This document shows, in pieces, positions 12,501-25,765 of a stretch of 64,000 nucleotides of DNA. The DNA comes from Neoechinorhynchus agilis (lineage: Eukaryota; Animalia; Acanthocephala), in the NCBI GenBank assembly GCA_051530055.1, contig CM121341.1, positions 7,294,784 through 7,358,783 on the forward strand, read 5' to 3'. Each line of letters begins with the position of its first letter. Within the stretch, counting starts at the first letter, position 1. The notes beneath the pieces are model-generated. The model was not told the origin of the DNA, did not search any database, and worked only from the letters and a program-made list of their open reading frames with translations. The translations under genes and the position numbers were made by a program.

Positions 12501-13134
12501 GATTTTTCAGAATCTTTTACAAACTAGTGCATTATTTCTCTTCCAAGTACAATAAGAATGGAATCAGGTCGATGTTCGACCAACGGATAATATCCCAAAA
12601 ATAAATGTTCATGACCGAAAAATGTCCATTTTCAGTTCTGTCATCACCGATTTCAAAAAAACTTAAACGCACCTCTTTCTGAGGTGAGTCTGGACGATTA
12701 GTCACTGCAGTCTCTGTGAAGGATTTCACAAGACGACATCTAGTTAGCGCACAAGTCATAGATGACTCAGTGCTTCGTATTTCCATGACTTTAGTGCGTT
12801 AAATTTCAAAAGGAGTGTGGAAACGTTATAATTTTCTTCAATCTATATTGCAAATGTGTTCTAAATTGCAGACTGACTTAACGTCTTTTTGAGCACATTC
12901 CCCACTTTTTAAAACATTCAGGTACAAAAAAAATGAATTTTTAATCGAAATGTTTACGAAGAGAAATTGCAAAAATTTAAGACCCATTCGTCGAACTAAT
13001 CCGGATTTCTATGCATTATTAAGCAATGAATTTTATATGACAACTGCATCGAATCGCAACGTTGTGTAAAATTATGAACGTCAAAGAATGATAATTGTTG
13101 TCAACAAAATTGACGGTATTTCTCAATTTTTTAA

Positions 13135-14310
13135 TGTGAATAAAAGTGGTATCTGAAGGAAATCTTTTTTTACCAGGCCAGAATGCAACAGCTTAAAAGT
13201 GTATGAACAACAAACTTTTTTGAGGTTATGCTTCAAAAATACGGCAATTCTCAAATTTTTAAAAGTGAATAAAAGATGTATTTAATAGAAAGCAAAAATT
13301 TGACCGATCAAAATGAACTTTTTTTGAGATTCTGCTTTAAAAAACTAAGGCATTTTTCAAATTTTTAAAAGTGAATAAAAGATGTATTTAATCAAAAGAA
13401 AAAATATGACCCATCAGAATAAACTTTTTTGAGATTCGCTTTAAAAAATACTACGGCAATTCTTAAATTTTTAAAAGTGAATAAAAGGTATATTTAATGG
13501 GGAAATTTTTTGACCCATCAGAATAAACTTTTTTGAGATTCGCTTTAAAAAATACTACGGCAATTCTTAAATTTTTAAAAGTGAATAAAAGGTATATTTA
13601 AAGGAGAAATTTTTTGACCCATCAGAATAAACTTTTTTGAGATTCCGCTTTAAAAAATACTACGGCAATTCTTAAATTTTTAAAAGTGAATAAAAGATGT
13701 ATTTAATCAAAAGAAAAAATATGACCGATCAAAATGAACTTTTTGAGATTCTGCTTTAAAAAACTAAGGCATTTTTCAAATTTTTAAAAGTGAATAAAAG
13801 GTATATTTAATCAAAAGAAAAAATATGACCCATCAGAATAAACTTTTTTGAGATTCCGCTTTAAAAAACTAAGGCATTTTTCAAATTTTTAAAAGTGAAT
13901 AAAAGGTATATTTAAAGGAAAAAATTTTGACCGATCAAAATGAACTTTTTTGAGATTCCGCTTTAAAAAATACTACGGCAATTCTTAAATTTTTAAAAGT
14001 GATTAAAAGGTATATTTAAAGGAAAAAATTTTTGACCGACCAGAATAAACTTTTTTTGACCGACCAGAATAAACTTTTTTTGAGATTCCGCTTTAAAAAA
14101 CTAAGGCAATTCTTAAATTTGTAAAAGTGAATAAAAGGTATATTTAAAGGAGAAAAATTTTGTCCGATCAGAATGAACTTTTTTGAGATTGCGCTTTAGA
14201 AACCTACGACGGCAATTCTTAAATTTTTAAAAGTGAATAAAAGGTATATTTAAAGGAGAAAAATTTTGACCGACCAGAATAAACTTTTTTTTGCGATTTT
14301 GCTTTAAAAA
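13135..14310. repeat. Degenerate AT-rich tandem repeat, ~105-bp unit, about 11 copies
   Basis: AAAAGTGAATAAAAG recurs at 104-106 bp spacing; one 128-bp unit carries an internal duplication. Confidence 0.93.
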
Positions 14311-14883
14311 AGATCCCACTTTTGAGCACTCCACTTAAATGTTCAATTGATAAAACATCCCAAACCACATAAAAAATTATTCGTGAATTCTTTGAAAGTG
14401 GACTTTTCACGTTTAGAATCGACCGAAAGCTCATTAAGTAACTAATTCCAGGAATTCGCTCAACTCACGAACATCCCAGAGAGGGGGAGCCTCGCATTCT
14501 CGGGACTAGCGAACACTTTCAAAGACGCACTTTCATTAATATTACGTTTGTGTAGGCGTCGTAGGCTTTGTTTTCATCACCCACGCGAGTGGGAGGCGTC
14601 ATTGACGAGAACAACTGCACCGGAGGCAAAATTGAGCGAGAGACAAAAGCAAACTGAACGTCAAGGGGCGGTTTGGTTAAATCCGAATTTTAAAGGTCCG
14701 AATATCTTTTTTAATAGAATGTTTGAAGATTGAACTGTTCATATTGGCAAAGCCAAATTCATAATTTAATTTCTTTTATCCTCCAAAAACAACCTTTACT
14801 AGAATCTCGCGTGAGAAATAAAGATTTATTCCCTTTCACAATATTTCATTAAAAAGGGAATCAATAAACTAATCTCCAATATC

Positions 14884-16303
14884 TCATAGCCAAACAAAAA
14901 ATATCCATGAACAACCTATTTCAATATTTTCCGCGTAGATTTCGTCAGACTTTTTATAGGGCTGATTGCAGGAAGTTCCAATTAGCCGTATCGATAAATC
15001 ATAGCGGACTAATTGACGATTTATGTTGAAACGAACTAATGAAGAAAAAATCGCGAAAACGAAAGTTGACTTGAATTCGCCGCTCAAATACGTTAAACAA
15101 GCATTAAAAACCCAGAGAAAAGTATAAAGCAGCTTGTTGACAAACAATAATCGGCAGAGATTTTAATTTGGATGGAATTCGGCAAACCTGGAAGTAGTTA
15201 CGTCGACCGCTTTTTTTATTCTATTTTTGCACTCAGAGTGTACAAAATGTTCATTGACGTTTTCGATTGTAGTCATTTTAAACGCATTCTCACATTGGGA
15301 ATGAGCGATAGCAGTTATTATCACTGAACACTGACTTTAAAGATCATTAGATTTATGTGAAAATTAATAGGCAAAAGATGGATAATAATCCATAACGGCC
15401 ACGATTGCTGGACTGGTCGAACATTAATTGGAAAAAGGGGCACCGATAAAAGTCCATAGTGCGGTGATTCAGAATCAACGAATGCTTCAAAACGCCGCAA
15501 CCGTCAGTTTTTAGTTTATCCATGAATCATGCGGATCACGCGAAAGTGTGGGACCCTCAAAAACGCATCTGAAATGTTAACGTTTCGCCGTAATGATGTT
15601 GTATAGACTGCTGAGTTAGGTCAAGTATCTCGCACAACCAAGCTGAACAATGGTCTTTTTTGGGATGAGCATACTCCTCCAATAAAAGAAAAAGTCTAAT
15701 GTCGATTTAGATTTGTATTCCTGAGACTGAAGGTCGTGACACTCAGACCACAAACTATCCAAGTGGCCATCTAATTTCTTACTCAGCAAAAGCAACCAAT
15801 CACAGTTAAAGCGCAGTAAAATCTTTGGGCAAACTCATTATTTGCTCGAACCTCACTGTATCTGACTGTCACTTTCTTGGAAAAAAAAGACGAGGCAAAT
15901 CATTTTTTAGCTTAAATATAAAAGAGTATTGATTTTCGCCCTAAAAAATCTAATGAGAGAAAGTTTGTAGTAGAATTCAACAATTGGAAATCGGTATTTA
16001 ATTTTTAAAGTTGCCACTTCAATCTAAAAAAAGGAGAAAAAAAAACAGCCGCCGTATCTATTAGATGTACTTGTAGTTATTTCGATTCATTAATCATAGA
16101 AAGAAAAAATCTCCTTTTATTTGTTCTAAGCGGATTTGATTAGTAAAAACACGAATTTGATTTTTGTCCAATACTGAAGATGAACGATCCAGCGAAAGTA
16201 ATCCGATTGATGTGATTATAAATATGCTCATTTGAGGAGCGACGTTCAACAAAAATTTGCTGAGGACATCTCGAAAAACCGGAATGTTATCACCAGTAAC
16301 CAT
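14884..16303 (-). CDS. Possible multi-exon membrane protein gene, unidentified
   Basis: Several hydrophobic ORF segments on the minus strand (16094-16303, 14884-15147 and intervening open stretches); no family recognised. Confidence 0.25.
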
Positions 16304-16357
16304 GGTGACGACTAAAAGAACAGATAGTCAAACCTTCGTATTTGGTTATCAATTGTT

Positions 16358-18660
16358 ATGTCAGACGATGACTACCTAATGCTGCTTAGGCCGTTTGGAT
16401 CGGATCCATTGTCTAACTTTGCAGTTCATGCAAGTTTCGTGTGTTCAAAACTATTAACCACTAAAGTAATTTTTAGGGCAAGCAGGGCATAAAGGTTGTG
16501 AGAGTCATGGACGACATACTACGAAGCTCGGTCATTCAACTGAAAGGAAACACATCTTCGTGAGTTCACCGTTCACTTATAATATTTCAATATTGCGTAA
16601 TTTCTAAGTGGTTTTATTGTGGCACCGAAACCGCCACGTAAAACGCTGGCTGTCAGTCACCCAGTGCTTAATCTATTCCTGAGTTCGGACCAAGACTACT
16701 TTTCATTGGATTTGGGAATCACGGATAGGCATGATGACCTATTTTGTGTAAAACTGAGTACTTTCTCAAAAAAACTCAGCGTCAGTCATTCACATTGTCG
16801 AATTCCTCTTAAATTGACTGAAGGGTGGAACTACTTGACTATCGACATGAAGTACCACTGCAAAAGACTGTTCAATAAAGAATTTTCTAAATTCCAATCA
16901 ATAAAGGTTTGTTTTGTTTATAAAAACGTTTGGTTGCCAGTCATTTAGTTTTCTAGATATTCCCGAATTGCAAATTGAGAAAAATTTTCTTTAGCAAAGA
17001 AGTTCTCAATGAAGTTGAGCTTCCTCATGAATACGGAATGCAAATTACAGCGAAGAGAGTTTACCATTCTTGCTTTCCGTCATCACATCAAAAAATATTG
17101 AACAGTCCAACAATGAGTCCAATACAATCTTCTACGGGATTAACATTCATGGCAGGGATCAATCAAAATGCAATTACGCCATCGAGAATTGTTGTCAACG
17201 TAGAAAAAGATAAACCTAAAGCATTGAAGTTAAATAATTTTCATCCTCTTTTACCGAAACCTGCAGTGCAGAAGGAGCAAGAACAACGTCAGAGTACATG
17301 GATTAGGCCGTTTCGAAAATGCGAGAACTTAAATGTTGATCAAGTACGTGAGGCAATCAATAAACAAATGAAAATCATCGAGCGGACCACTGCTAAATTA
17401 CATAACCATAAGCTAAAAAATTTAGATGAGAAGACCAGCGCAACAATCAGAAGTTCTGTGCATGATCACGAGGAGCCAGATCCTTTTTTGCCTTTGAATT
17501 TAAACCATGCAAGAGGATACGATAAACGTTCGCAAAATAATCGACGGGAATCAAAGCATTGTCAAGTGAAAATGTATAAAAATGAGACCACTGATTCGGA
17601 CCAGGCCTCAGCGATCGAATGGTCCACCGTGGATAAATTACTTGAAAGATATGAGCATATTAACCCAACGAATCCGGTTGATAAAGAACCCAATTCTTTA
17701 CAAGGATCAAACAAATCACCAAAATCGTGCATGTTGAGCGACTCGGTTGTTTTCGGTATAGAAGAGAACGGTGAAGAGAAAGAGCGTAAATTCAGTGATT
17801 CGACTTTCGACGGAAGATTGATGAACAATTTGAGCGATATGAAAGGATACGATGAAGAAGAGATATCGTCAGACTGCTCAAACAGTGGTTCATTTTTTCG
17901 AGAGGGATTCGTTGGCAACTCTGAGTGCAATAGAACAAATTCGTATATTCCGTCGGATGACACTTTAAATAAACATAGTCAGAGACCGAAAAAGTACATA
18001 ATAGCAATGGATAATCAGGTTGAACAATCTGGAGATTGTGAGAAAGAGGAGGGGGATGTTGGCCCAAAATTGTCGAATAGTTTGTGGGATCAATACTACG
18101 TAAATAAACCAAAGTCAATGTCGGTGGAGTCTGTTGGAGTTCAAGGGCAAGAGAAATCAAGAGAAAACTCGGAGCATAGCTACCAAGATATAGGTTTATG
18201 CTTATCGGAAAAATATAACCCGGACTTCGAAGTACAAGAAGACAATTTAAGTTCAATCGGTTTAATGATTAGTGGAAAATTCGATGAGGACATAAATGCC
18301 ATTACAGTATCCATTAGTGAAACATCATTAAATCACGAAAATGCGATTTATAGCAATGGAAATTTTCTGAATGGAGTATCCAATCATAATAATAATATTG
18401 GTCCATATAGGCGAGAAATGATATCAAACAGAATTATGGACGACCAGAAAGTAATTGAAATTCAAGATCAAAAGTATTTTCTTGGTTCAGATGGGTCAAT
18501 CGATGAGTATTCTGAAACTCGCAGTCGAAATTCCACCATGGGTTTAAAAAAGAACAACGAAGCAGGACGTAAACTTGGCAGGGATCCATATGCCGAAATT
18601 TCTTCGTTGTCTAAAAAAGGATCAAATCGACGGGATCACATTATAAACGAAAAATTATAA
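16358..18660 (+). CDS. CFAP20DC: CFAP20-domain protein with long low-complexity C-terminal extension (CFAP20DC/C3orf67-like)
   Basis: Spliced N-terminus ...RKTLAVSHPVLNL...YFSLDLGITD...IPLKLTEGWNYLTIDM...SIK|IFPNCKLRKIFFSKEVLNEVELPHEY matches the CFAP20/BUG22 domain; three GT-AG introns. Confidence 0.7.
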
Positions 18661-19189
18661 ATATTTTTGTTTTTTGTAGACTAAAACCAAGTCATCTTGT
18701 TGTCTCAATAAGATTTAGCAAAAATTAATCCGTGTATTCTTACAATAATGTATAAAAACGATTATTTAAGCTAATAAACGTCCTATAAACACATTCTAAG
18801 GTAAACATTCGTGTAGAGAAACAGAAAAGTATCCGTTTTAAGTTTAAAATCAATAATTAGCTCTGTCCCGTGACGAGTTTCCAACGCAAAAGTTCACTAA
18901 GGAGCCATTACGTCGACCTTTTTTTGGAATCCAGGCGAAAACCGCTTATGGAGCGAATCGCCATCAAAAACCACCCACAAATAAACGTGTTATTATTAAT
19001 AATCACTTAAGCAGTCGAAATCCATGATTCCGAAATTCGCGTTAATTAAAAGATTAAACCGATTCGGCGAAATTTCTGTGATTAAAGATGCCTAATGGAG
19101 ATGTGGCTGTGGTCACAAACCATCTCCCTCTCCCCCCAATAGATTGTGATATTTCGAAAGAGGAAGCCCGAGCCCATGAATACAAAATA

Positions 19190-20841
19190 TTCTTTCTTTT
19201 TTGGCAGTTATGCCACCCTAAGGATTTAAATTCACTAATTTATTGCTGATATTTCGACGAAATATCGAGGAAATAAATTAGTGAATCAAAATCTTCAGGA
19301 TGGCGAAACTACCAAAAAAGAAAGTATCTTTTCCCCCGAAGAAAATAACGAGACATACGAAATATTGTGAACGGACTTCTTTACAAACAAAAACCAAAAT
19401 AAAGTAAACCCTTTAGTTTGCTTCCTCTATAATCCCAAACGCTTTTCTCTCGATGATTAAACTTGCTTATGGCGGAAAAATTAAAGGAATTTATAAAGTT
19501 CGATATTTCGGCACACAATCTTGTACTCCTTTATCAATATTTAAAAGATTTCCTTTAATGTCCGGGATTATTGTCTTTGAAAAAAAAGAGACTTTCTTTT
19601 TTAGCAGTTATGCCACCCTAAGGATTTAAATTCACTAATTTATTGCTGATATTTCGACGAAATATCGAGGAAATAAATTAGTGAATCAAAATCTTCAGGA
19701 TGGCGAAACTACCAAAAAAGAAAGTATCTTTTCCCCCGAAGATAATAACGAGACATACGAAATATTGTGAATGGACTTCTTTACAAACAAAAACCAAAAT
19801 AAAGTAAACCCTTTAGTTTGCTTCCTCTATAATCCCAAACGATTTTCTCTCGATGATTAAACTTGCTTATGGCGGAAAAATTAAAGGAATTTATAAAGTT
19901 CGATATTTCGGCACACAATCTTGTACTCCTTTATCAATATTTAAAAGATTTCCCTTAATGTCCGGGATTATTGTCTGTGAAAAAAAAGATATTTTCTTTT
20001 TTGGCAGCTATGCCACCCTAAGGATTTAAATTCACTAATTTATTGCTGATATTTCGACGAAATATCGAGGAAATAAATTAGTGAATCAAAATCTTCAGGA
20101 TGGCGAAACTACCAAAAAAGAAAGTATCTTTTCCCCCGAAGATAATAACGAGACATACGAAATATTGTGAACGGACTTCTTTACAAACAAAAACCAAAAT
20201 AAAGTAAACCCTTTAGTTTGCTTCCTCTATAATCCCAAACGATTTTCTCTCGATGATTAAACTTGCTTATGGCGGAAAAATTAAAGGAATTTATAAAGTT
20301 CGATATTTCGGCACACAATCTTGTACTCCTTTATCAATATTTAAAAGATTTCCTTTAATGTCCGGGATTATTGTCTGTGAAAAAAAAATATTTTCTTTTT
20401 TGGCAGCTATGCCACCCTAAGGATTTAAATTCACTAATTTATTGCTGATATTTCGACGAAATATCGAGGAAATAAATTAGTGAATCAAAATCTTCAGGAT
20501 GGCGAAACTACCAAAAAAGAAAGTATCTTTTTCCCCCGAAGATAATAACGAGACATACGAAATATTGTGAACGGACTTCTTTACAAACAAAAACCAAAAT
20601 AAAGTAAACCCTTTAGTTTGCTTCCTCTATAATCCCAAACGATTTTCTCTCGATGATTAAACTTGCTTATGGCGGAAAAATTAAAGGAATTTATAAAGTT
20701 CGATATTTCGGCACACAATCTTGTACTCCTTTATCAATATTTAAAAGATTTCCTTTAATGTCCGGGATTATTGTCTTTGAAAAAAAAGAGACTTTCTTTT
20801 TTGGCAGTTATGCCACCCTAAGGATTTAAATTCACTAATTT
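19190..20841. repeat. Tandem array, 400-bp unit x4 plus a partial unit; each unit contains a 133-bp palindrome
   Basis: TGCCACCCTA at 19211, 19611, 20011, 20410 and 20811; the palindrome at 19192-19324 has ~53-bp arms. Confidence 0.95.
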
Positions 20842-20915
20842 ATTTCCCCTATATTTTGCCGATTCGTCATCATTATTGGACGAAATATCGGGGAACGAAA
20901 TTAATGAATTTAAAT
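20824..20915. mobile_element. MITE-like hairpin element, ATTTAAATTCACT(A/G)ATTTATT family
   Basis: Inverted ends ATTTAAATTCACTAATTT / AAATTAATGAATTTAAAT; the same arm sequence occurs in the 400-bp units and at 23974-24097. Confidence 0.6.
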
Positions 20916-21052
20916 TTCCAGATTGGCAAAACTAATAAAGGAAAAATTCCTTTAAATTTGCCAATTTCGATATCAAAACTGACACGGAAGAATCATTGCG
21001 TTTAAAGTTCGATTCTTTGGTTTTAACTGTTTTAGAGTGTTAATATTGAGAA

Positions 21053-23588
21053 ATGGCGGATTTTTCGTGTGTTTTAAAGGATAAACGTCGACCTATCGAG
21101 TTTCGATTGAAATTAGCTCTTATAATATGGTCTGGTCATTGTGACAAGTCAGAGAATCCAACGATGTGCTATAAAGTACGTAAAGATCGATTAATGTTAT
21201 TGGATTGGTTGGTGGGTATTTTGTTTGGTAGGGATGAATATTCGCTCGAAGTAACGAGGAACCTATGGCGATCATTTTCGATATTTGTTAAGAACAAATC
21301 GATCGCAATCCAGGACAATTCTTCGTTGATCAGTCGATTTTTTTGTTGTCTCTCAAAACTGATCCACGATTTAAGCTGCTCTTAAAGCGAATTCAAATGT
21401 GGAAGCGTTGGTTAAGTGACCCTGAAGTCGGTACTCTTGTTCACGAATCTTTGAACCTTCTTCCCTTTGTTAAATCTCGTGTGGAAGGTTTCGGGAAAAG
21501 TAGTGAAGCGGACGATAAATGGGTCAAATTGGTCATGAATGCGCGACAAGTCAAACGAATGTCAACCGAAACTTTAATCTCTTTTTTGATAAACAAAAAT
21601 GCGTTCGTTGCAGATCGATCATCAGATTTTATCGATATTCTCTCACGTGTTTTCCGAGCTGATCTCAAGTCCTGTTTTGCGGCCTGTATTGGATTATTAG
21701 ACAAAGTTGAACGAGGTGAAGAATGTAATAAGTTTCAGGTGGACCAAGTCACAAGTATTGCCCTTCAAAATATTCCATTGAACACAAATGAACATCCTTA
21801 CATGTCTGAAATTAAGAATTTCGTTGAAAAATGCACTAAGGCGTCTTTGGCGAAGACGCAATCGTTTGCTCGCATTATTCAATGTCATCTTAATTTTGAT
21901 GATTTTGAAACTGAGAACGTAAAAATTAAGAATGTTCGTGGCCTTTGTAGCCTGGAAGATATTGAGGAATATATTTTAAGTAAAGAAGATCTAACACAAG
22001 ACGACGTCGAGTATCTGTCCAGACTTGAAGTATCTAAAGATTTGAAAGTATCGCTCAAACTTTTAAACCGGCTAGCAAGCGTAAAGACGAAAAAAAATTT
22101 AATTGCCTACAAATCTTTATATAGACGTTGTCGTCTTAAGTATCGACACGATATAGACCAAATGAACTTTATTGAACAGTTGATGATTTGTCCAGACGAT
22201 TTACTCGAGCAAACCGCCGAATGCATCCGCATTTTTTCAAAGAATGAGAGGCGCCACGCGATCCAAATGTGCACCAATGAGAAACTAAAATCTCTTTTAC
22301 TGGCCATTGAAATCCAAGGTGGCCAATACCTTGACGAGTTTATTCGATGTTGCGAAAAATGCTCGCTTGATTGGAAAGCGTTTGTTCTTTCAAAAGTTAC
22401 AGAAATTGACGAAAACGAGCTTTTAATAGGTTATATCCGAAATATTGCAAATGAAGTAGCCAAAAAACAGGTTATCGTTGGTAGCCAATATGATTTTTTA
22501 AAATTGTGTGTAGCCCGTGGATATATGGACGAAAACGACGAATCAAAAAATGAAATTATCGATGTGTTTAAGGCTCAAGGAACATTAATGTTCGACAATC
22601 GACTGAAAAAATATTCGTTAAAGCAGTGAATCTTGCAAAAACTACCGAATCCCTATTATTTAATCAAGTTCTTAATTTTTTGTTGTAGTCTTTTTCCTTT
22701 ACGCGTGAAGTTGTTCTAAAGTATAATTTAGATTTTTTCTCCAAGTGTCGAGATGAACATTCCACTTTGGGAATGAAGATATTTTTGAAAATTGAATTGT
22801 TCATGTTTGTGGCGTATTAAAATTAAAGGAATTTATTGATTCCGATTGGTTTCGAAGGCACAATCTTGTACGCCTTTATCAAGACTGTTTGTAGGTTTTT
22901 ACAACGTAGGCCGAAATATCGGACTTCATAAATTCCTTCAATTTTTATCCGTAAAATTTTAAACTATTGCTGCTCCTTTAATTTCATGCTTAGCAAATTT
23001 CCTTTAGCTTCGAAAAACACACACACGTACAATTCCCTCCAGTCTTTAGTGAGGTTCACTGCAGCAGAGAATTCAACTGATGAAACAATAAATGCAAGAA
23101 ATGTGTTTCTTGCACTAGCGAACAATCAATCTCGGTTGGCTTTAGAGCTATTTGCTGTACTTCAGCCACAGATTCGTCCAAAAAGGGTTACTGACATAAT
23201 TCACACGTATATTCGCTCACAGCACGATAAAGCCAATCCGATTCCAATAATCGAATGCTCTCGTATACTTATCGAACGCGAGCCATCGATCGTTTGTCGT
23301 CTTACCTACGTTCTAACTTCATCTATAACTAGCGAAAACATTTTTGTTACTCAAATTACTTGTATATTTATTCGGTGGATCGTAGAACACTCTTCTTCCG
23401 ACGGTGCACTTCTTCCACAATTTAAGAATTGTTTGAAACATATGCTTCCATTTTGTATAAGGAAACTGCTTTTGTTTTCAGTCAATCAAATGTCCAACAA
23501 ATATCAACAGGTTCTCAAAGATTGTTGCCCTCAAGTTGATCGCCTAAAGGTTCTGAGAGCTCCGCAACGAAAAATAAAAAGACGGTGA
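21053..23588 (+). CDS. URB2: URB2-like ribosome biogenesis protein, 3 exons
   Basis: The N-terminal LKDKRRPIEFRLKLALIIWSGH...LLDWLVG...RNLWRSF resembles the URB2 N-terminus, and the C-terminal exon resembles the Urb2 domain. GT-AG introns at 21287-21333 and 22617-22993 restore the frame. Confidence 0.6.
22815..22951. mobile_element. MITE-like element in URB2 intron
   Basis: AATTAAAGGAATTTAT ... ATAAATTCCTTCAATT inverted ends (15/16). The arm and the internal CACAATCTTGTAC.CCTTTATCAA are also present in the 400-bp satellite unit. Confidence 0.65.
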
Positions 23589-23639
23589 TGTTTTTTGAAA
23601 CGCTCGTGAGTACCATTTTCTCTTCTTTTTCTAAATTGC

Positions 23640-23930
23640 ACTAATGCTCCAAAGGGTCAACGGGTTCGAATCCGTTACCGCCAATGACGCAAAACCAAAA
23701 GGGGACGAAATATCTCGTTGAAGGGAGCAGGAAACTCACCAATGAGAGTCTCGCATTCTCGGGAGGTATCTGAAAATCCGGAGGGATTCTTACAAACTCT
23801 TTTACCGGAGGGTCTTGGGACATTGAGCGAAGACCAGAGCTTCCCAGACCGAAATCGGCGTGTATGGAAAAAAATAGCAATCAAAAGATTACCGGCTGAG
23901 CCACATATAAAAATTCTAAAAGAAATTAGC
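23640..23930. repeat. Dispersed, diverged copy of the core of the 394-bp tandem unit at 49606-51360
   Basis: Shared blocks AATCCGTTACCGCCAA, GGGGACGAAATATCTCGTTGAAGG, CAGGAAACTCAC and CTCGGGAGGTATCTGAA.ATCCGGAGG. Confidence 0.85.
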
Positions 23931-23973
23931 CCACCTTATTCTTTTTTTTCATGTCTTTGATTATTGAACTCGG

Positions 23974-24097
23974 ATTTAAATTCACTGATTTATTTTCGAT
24001 ATTTCACGTCGGATAATTCCGAAAATTTCACAAACTTTAAGAAAAATTCATAATTATCCGGCGTAAAATATCGGAAATAAATCAGTGAAATTTAAAT
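23974..24097. mobile_element. MITE-like hairpin element, same family as 20824-20915
   Basis: ATTTAAATTCACTGATTTATT ... AATAAATCAGTGAAATTTAAAT inverted ends with nested internal hairpins. Confidence 0.65.
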
Positions 24098-24805
24098 TCG
24101 ACAGATGACAAAACTACCAAAAGAAATTATTCTTTTTCTTACATCAAAATAAAATTGTAGGGTATTTTTCAAATGTTTGCTTAGACGGTATTTCAAAATT
24201 AAATTCTTACAAATTCGGGATTAATATTGTCTTTAATAGACTGCCAAATTTAAATCTGTTCAGCATTGAATTAAAAAAGTGTATCTGTCGCATTTCTGCT
24301 CATAAACCTTCAATTTTTTAAATTTTAATTAATGTCAGTAATGGCTTAAATTAGCGTCTCTTAACACTTTGATCAGTGTATTCTGGTAGCTTTCTCACCG
24401 AAATTAACACACCACTTGAAAGTAATTTTCACGCCCTTTAAGTTTTTGTGATTATGCGTATAATTTTCCATTTACCCTTACTCGCCGCTTTAGTTAAGTT
24501 GAGACCATCAACTGTTTTCAAACTCGCTCTCCAGTAAGGCCAACATTGATTTAGGTGATATTTTTCACAAATAATCAAATTAATTCTTCGAATTATAATT
24601 TTTACTTTTTTTGAATTCCTTTTATGATCTTTACGGCCACCCGGAAAATTATTATACGATTTCGCAGCATTAAAAATTTATTTGATAGCTTTCCCAAACC
24701 ACTTGTTACCGTACTCTTGGGCAAAAAAATTTGGTAATTTTTATTTTAAAAATACAACTGTGTAATTTTTTTATTGTCTTTATATTTTTAACGATCTCTG
24801 TAGTT

Positions 24806-25765
24806 TTAATTGAGATTTTGGGAAGGTTCCGTTGATTGTGTGACGACGCGAGAATTCCTTCGTCGATTTCGGAAAAAGAATCTGAATGCCCTTAGAAAAA
24901 ATCGTATTAGTGCAGATCGTCGTCTTGGTACATTTCCATTATTGTTGGCAGTCGGTTCAGTAGTAACTGGCTCGGAATCACCTTGTGTCATTATAGAAGA
25001 AACGTTTTTTATAGAAATTCTAACGCTAGAGTTATCGTCAGTTAAATCTACCTTTAGTCTCTTATCCACCGACGAATCACCTTCTTGCGAGGTTCCTTCT
25101 ACACTTTGCAGCATGGAAGACTGGTATTTATATCGAAGAGCCTGCAGTTTTATCGCCATTAATTCATCTCCATAGTGTTCACGTAGTTTTTGTTTTTTAG
25201 CTTTACACCTCCACGGCTTGAAATAAGGCCGCAATCGTTCAATGCCGATTTCGGTACAAAATTGATCCACATTAAGCATAGAAGGACTTTCAAAGTAAGA
25301 CGTAAGCCCGTTTACCAAATTAGTTAAATATTCCAGAAAAATAGATTTGTCCCTCATAACTCTATCCACCTCAGTGTACTCGAATTGTTCAGTGAGAACG
25401 TTAAGTGAAGCAACAATGTCGATCAAAACCGTCATTTTTTGTTGTTCTGTACTCATGGCCGCGAGATGCTCGCCGCATCTTTGTTGACAGTTTTCAAGTT
25501 CGCTTAACAAATGTTTGAACTCTTCAGTGTCGAAAACCGTAAGTTCGCTTTGGTCGCTTAAATTAGATTCCATTGTTAGCGTTGAATCTCGCTTTGACTC
25601 CGACATTTTAGCAATGTTTTGCAGTTGTAGCTTGATTGTGTGTTCTAAACGCTTGTTAGTGTTCCTAAGGAGATAGCTTGCGTAGCAAACGTTGTTTTTA
25701 TCATTAGGGGTGTTGAACGTGCGATTGCAACCAATCAGCGTGCAAGAATGTAGAAAGGCAGTCAA
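24806..25765 (-). CDS. Orphan helical protein, member 1 of a local paralog family (likely start 25606, MSESK)
   Basis: Long uninterrupted ORF (319 aa); clear similarity to 28410-28931 (EQQK...SIFLEYLT...FCTEIGIERLRPYFKP). Confidence 0.75.
   Translation of the reverse strand: MTAFLHSCTLIGCNRTFNTPNDKNNVCYASYLLRNTNKRLEHTIKLQLQNIAKMSESKRDSTLTMESNLSDQSELTVFDTEEFKHLLSELENCQQRCGEHLAAMSTEQQKMTVLIDIVASLNVLTEQFEYTEVDRVMRDKSIFLEYLTNLVNGLTSYFESPSMLNVDQFCTEIGIERLRPYFKPWRCKAKKQKLREHYGDELMAIKLQALRYKYQSSMLQSVEGTSQEGDSSVDKRLKVDLTDDNSSVRISIKNVSSIMTQGDSEPVTTEPTANNNGNVPRRRSALIRFFLRAFRFFFRNRRRNSRVVTQSTEPSQNLN

Noticed and set aside
16420-16478. AG...AG non-canonical first intron in the CFAP20-domain gene
   Set aside because: An in-phase GT donor (GTTCAT) exists a few bases upstream and there is no terminal hairpin.
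17562-18256. Antisense ORFs overlapping long genes (also 3040-3261, 21441-22307, 24810-25175, 41029-41313, 59814-60338)
   Set aside because: These are shadow ORFs opposite well-supported coding regions, with no recognisable motifs.
21312-21370. Possible AG...AT intron with a 12-bp inverted repeat in URB2
   Set aside because: A typical 47-nt GT-AG intron (21287-21333, GTTAAG...GATCAG) restores the frame equally well, so a non-canonical intron is not needed.
23660-23690. GGTTCGAATCC...CCGCCA as a tRNA T-arm and 3' end
   Set aside because: The T-stem does not pair properly and no acceptor, D or anticodon arms are present upstream.
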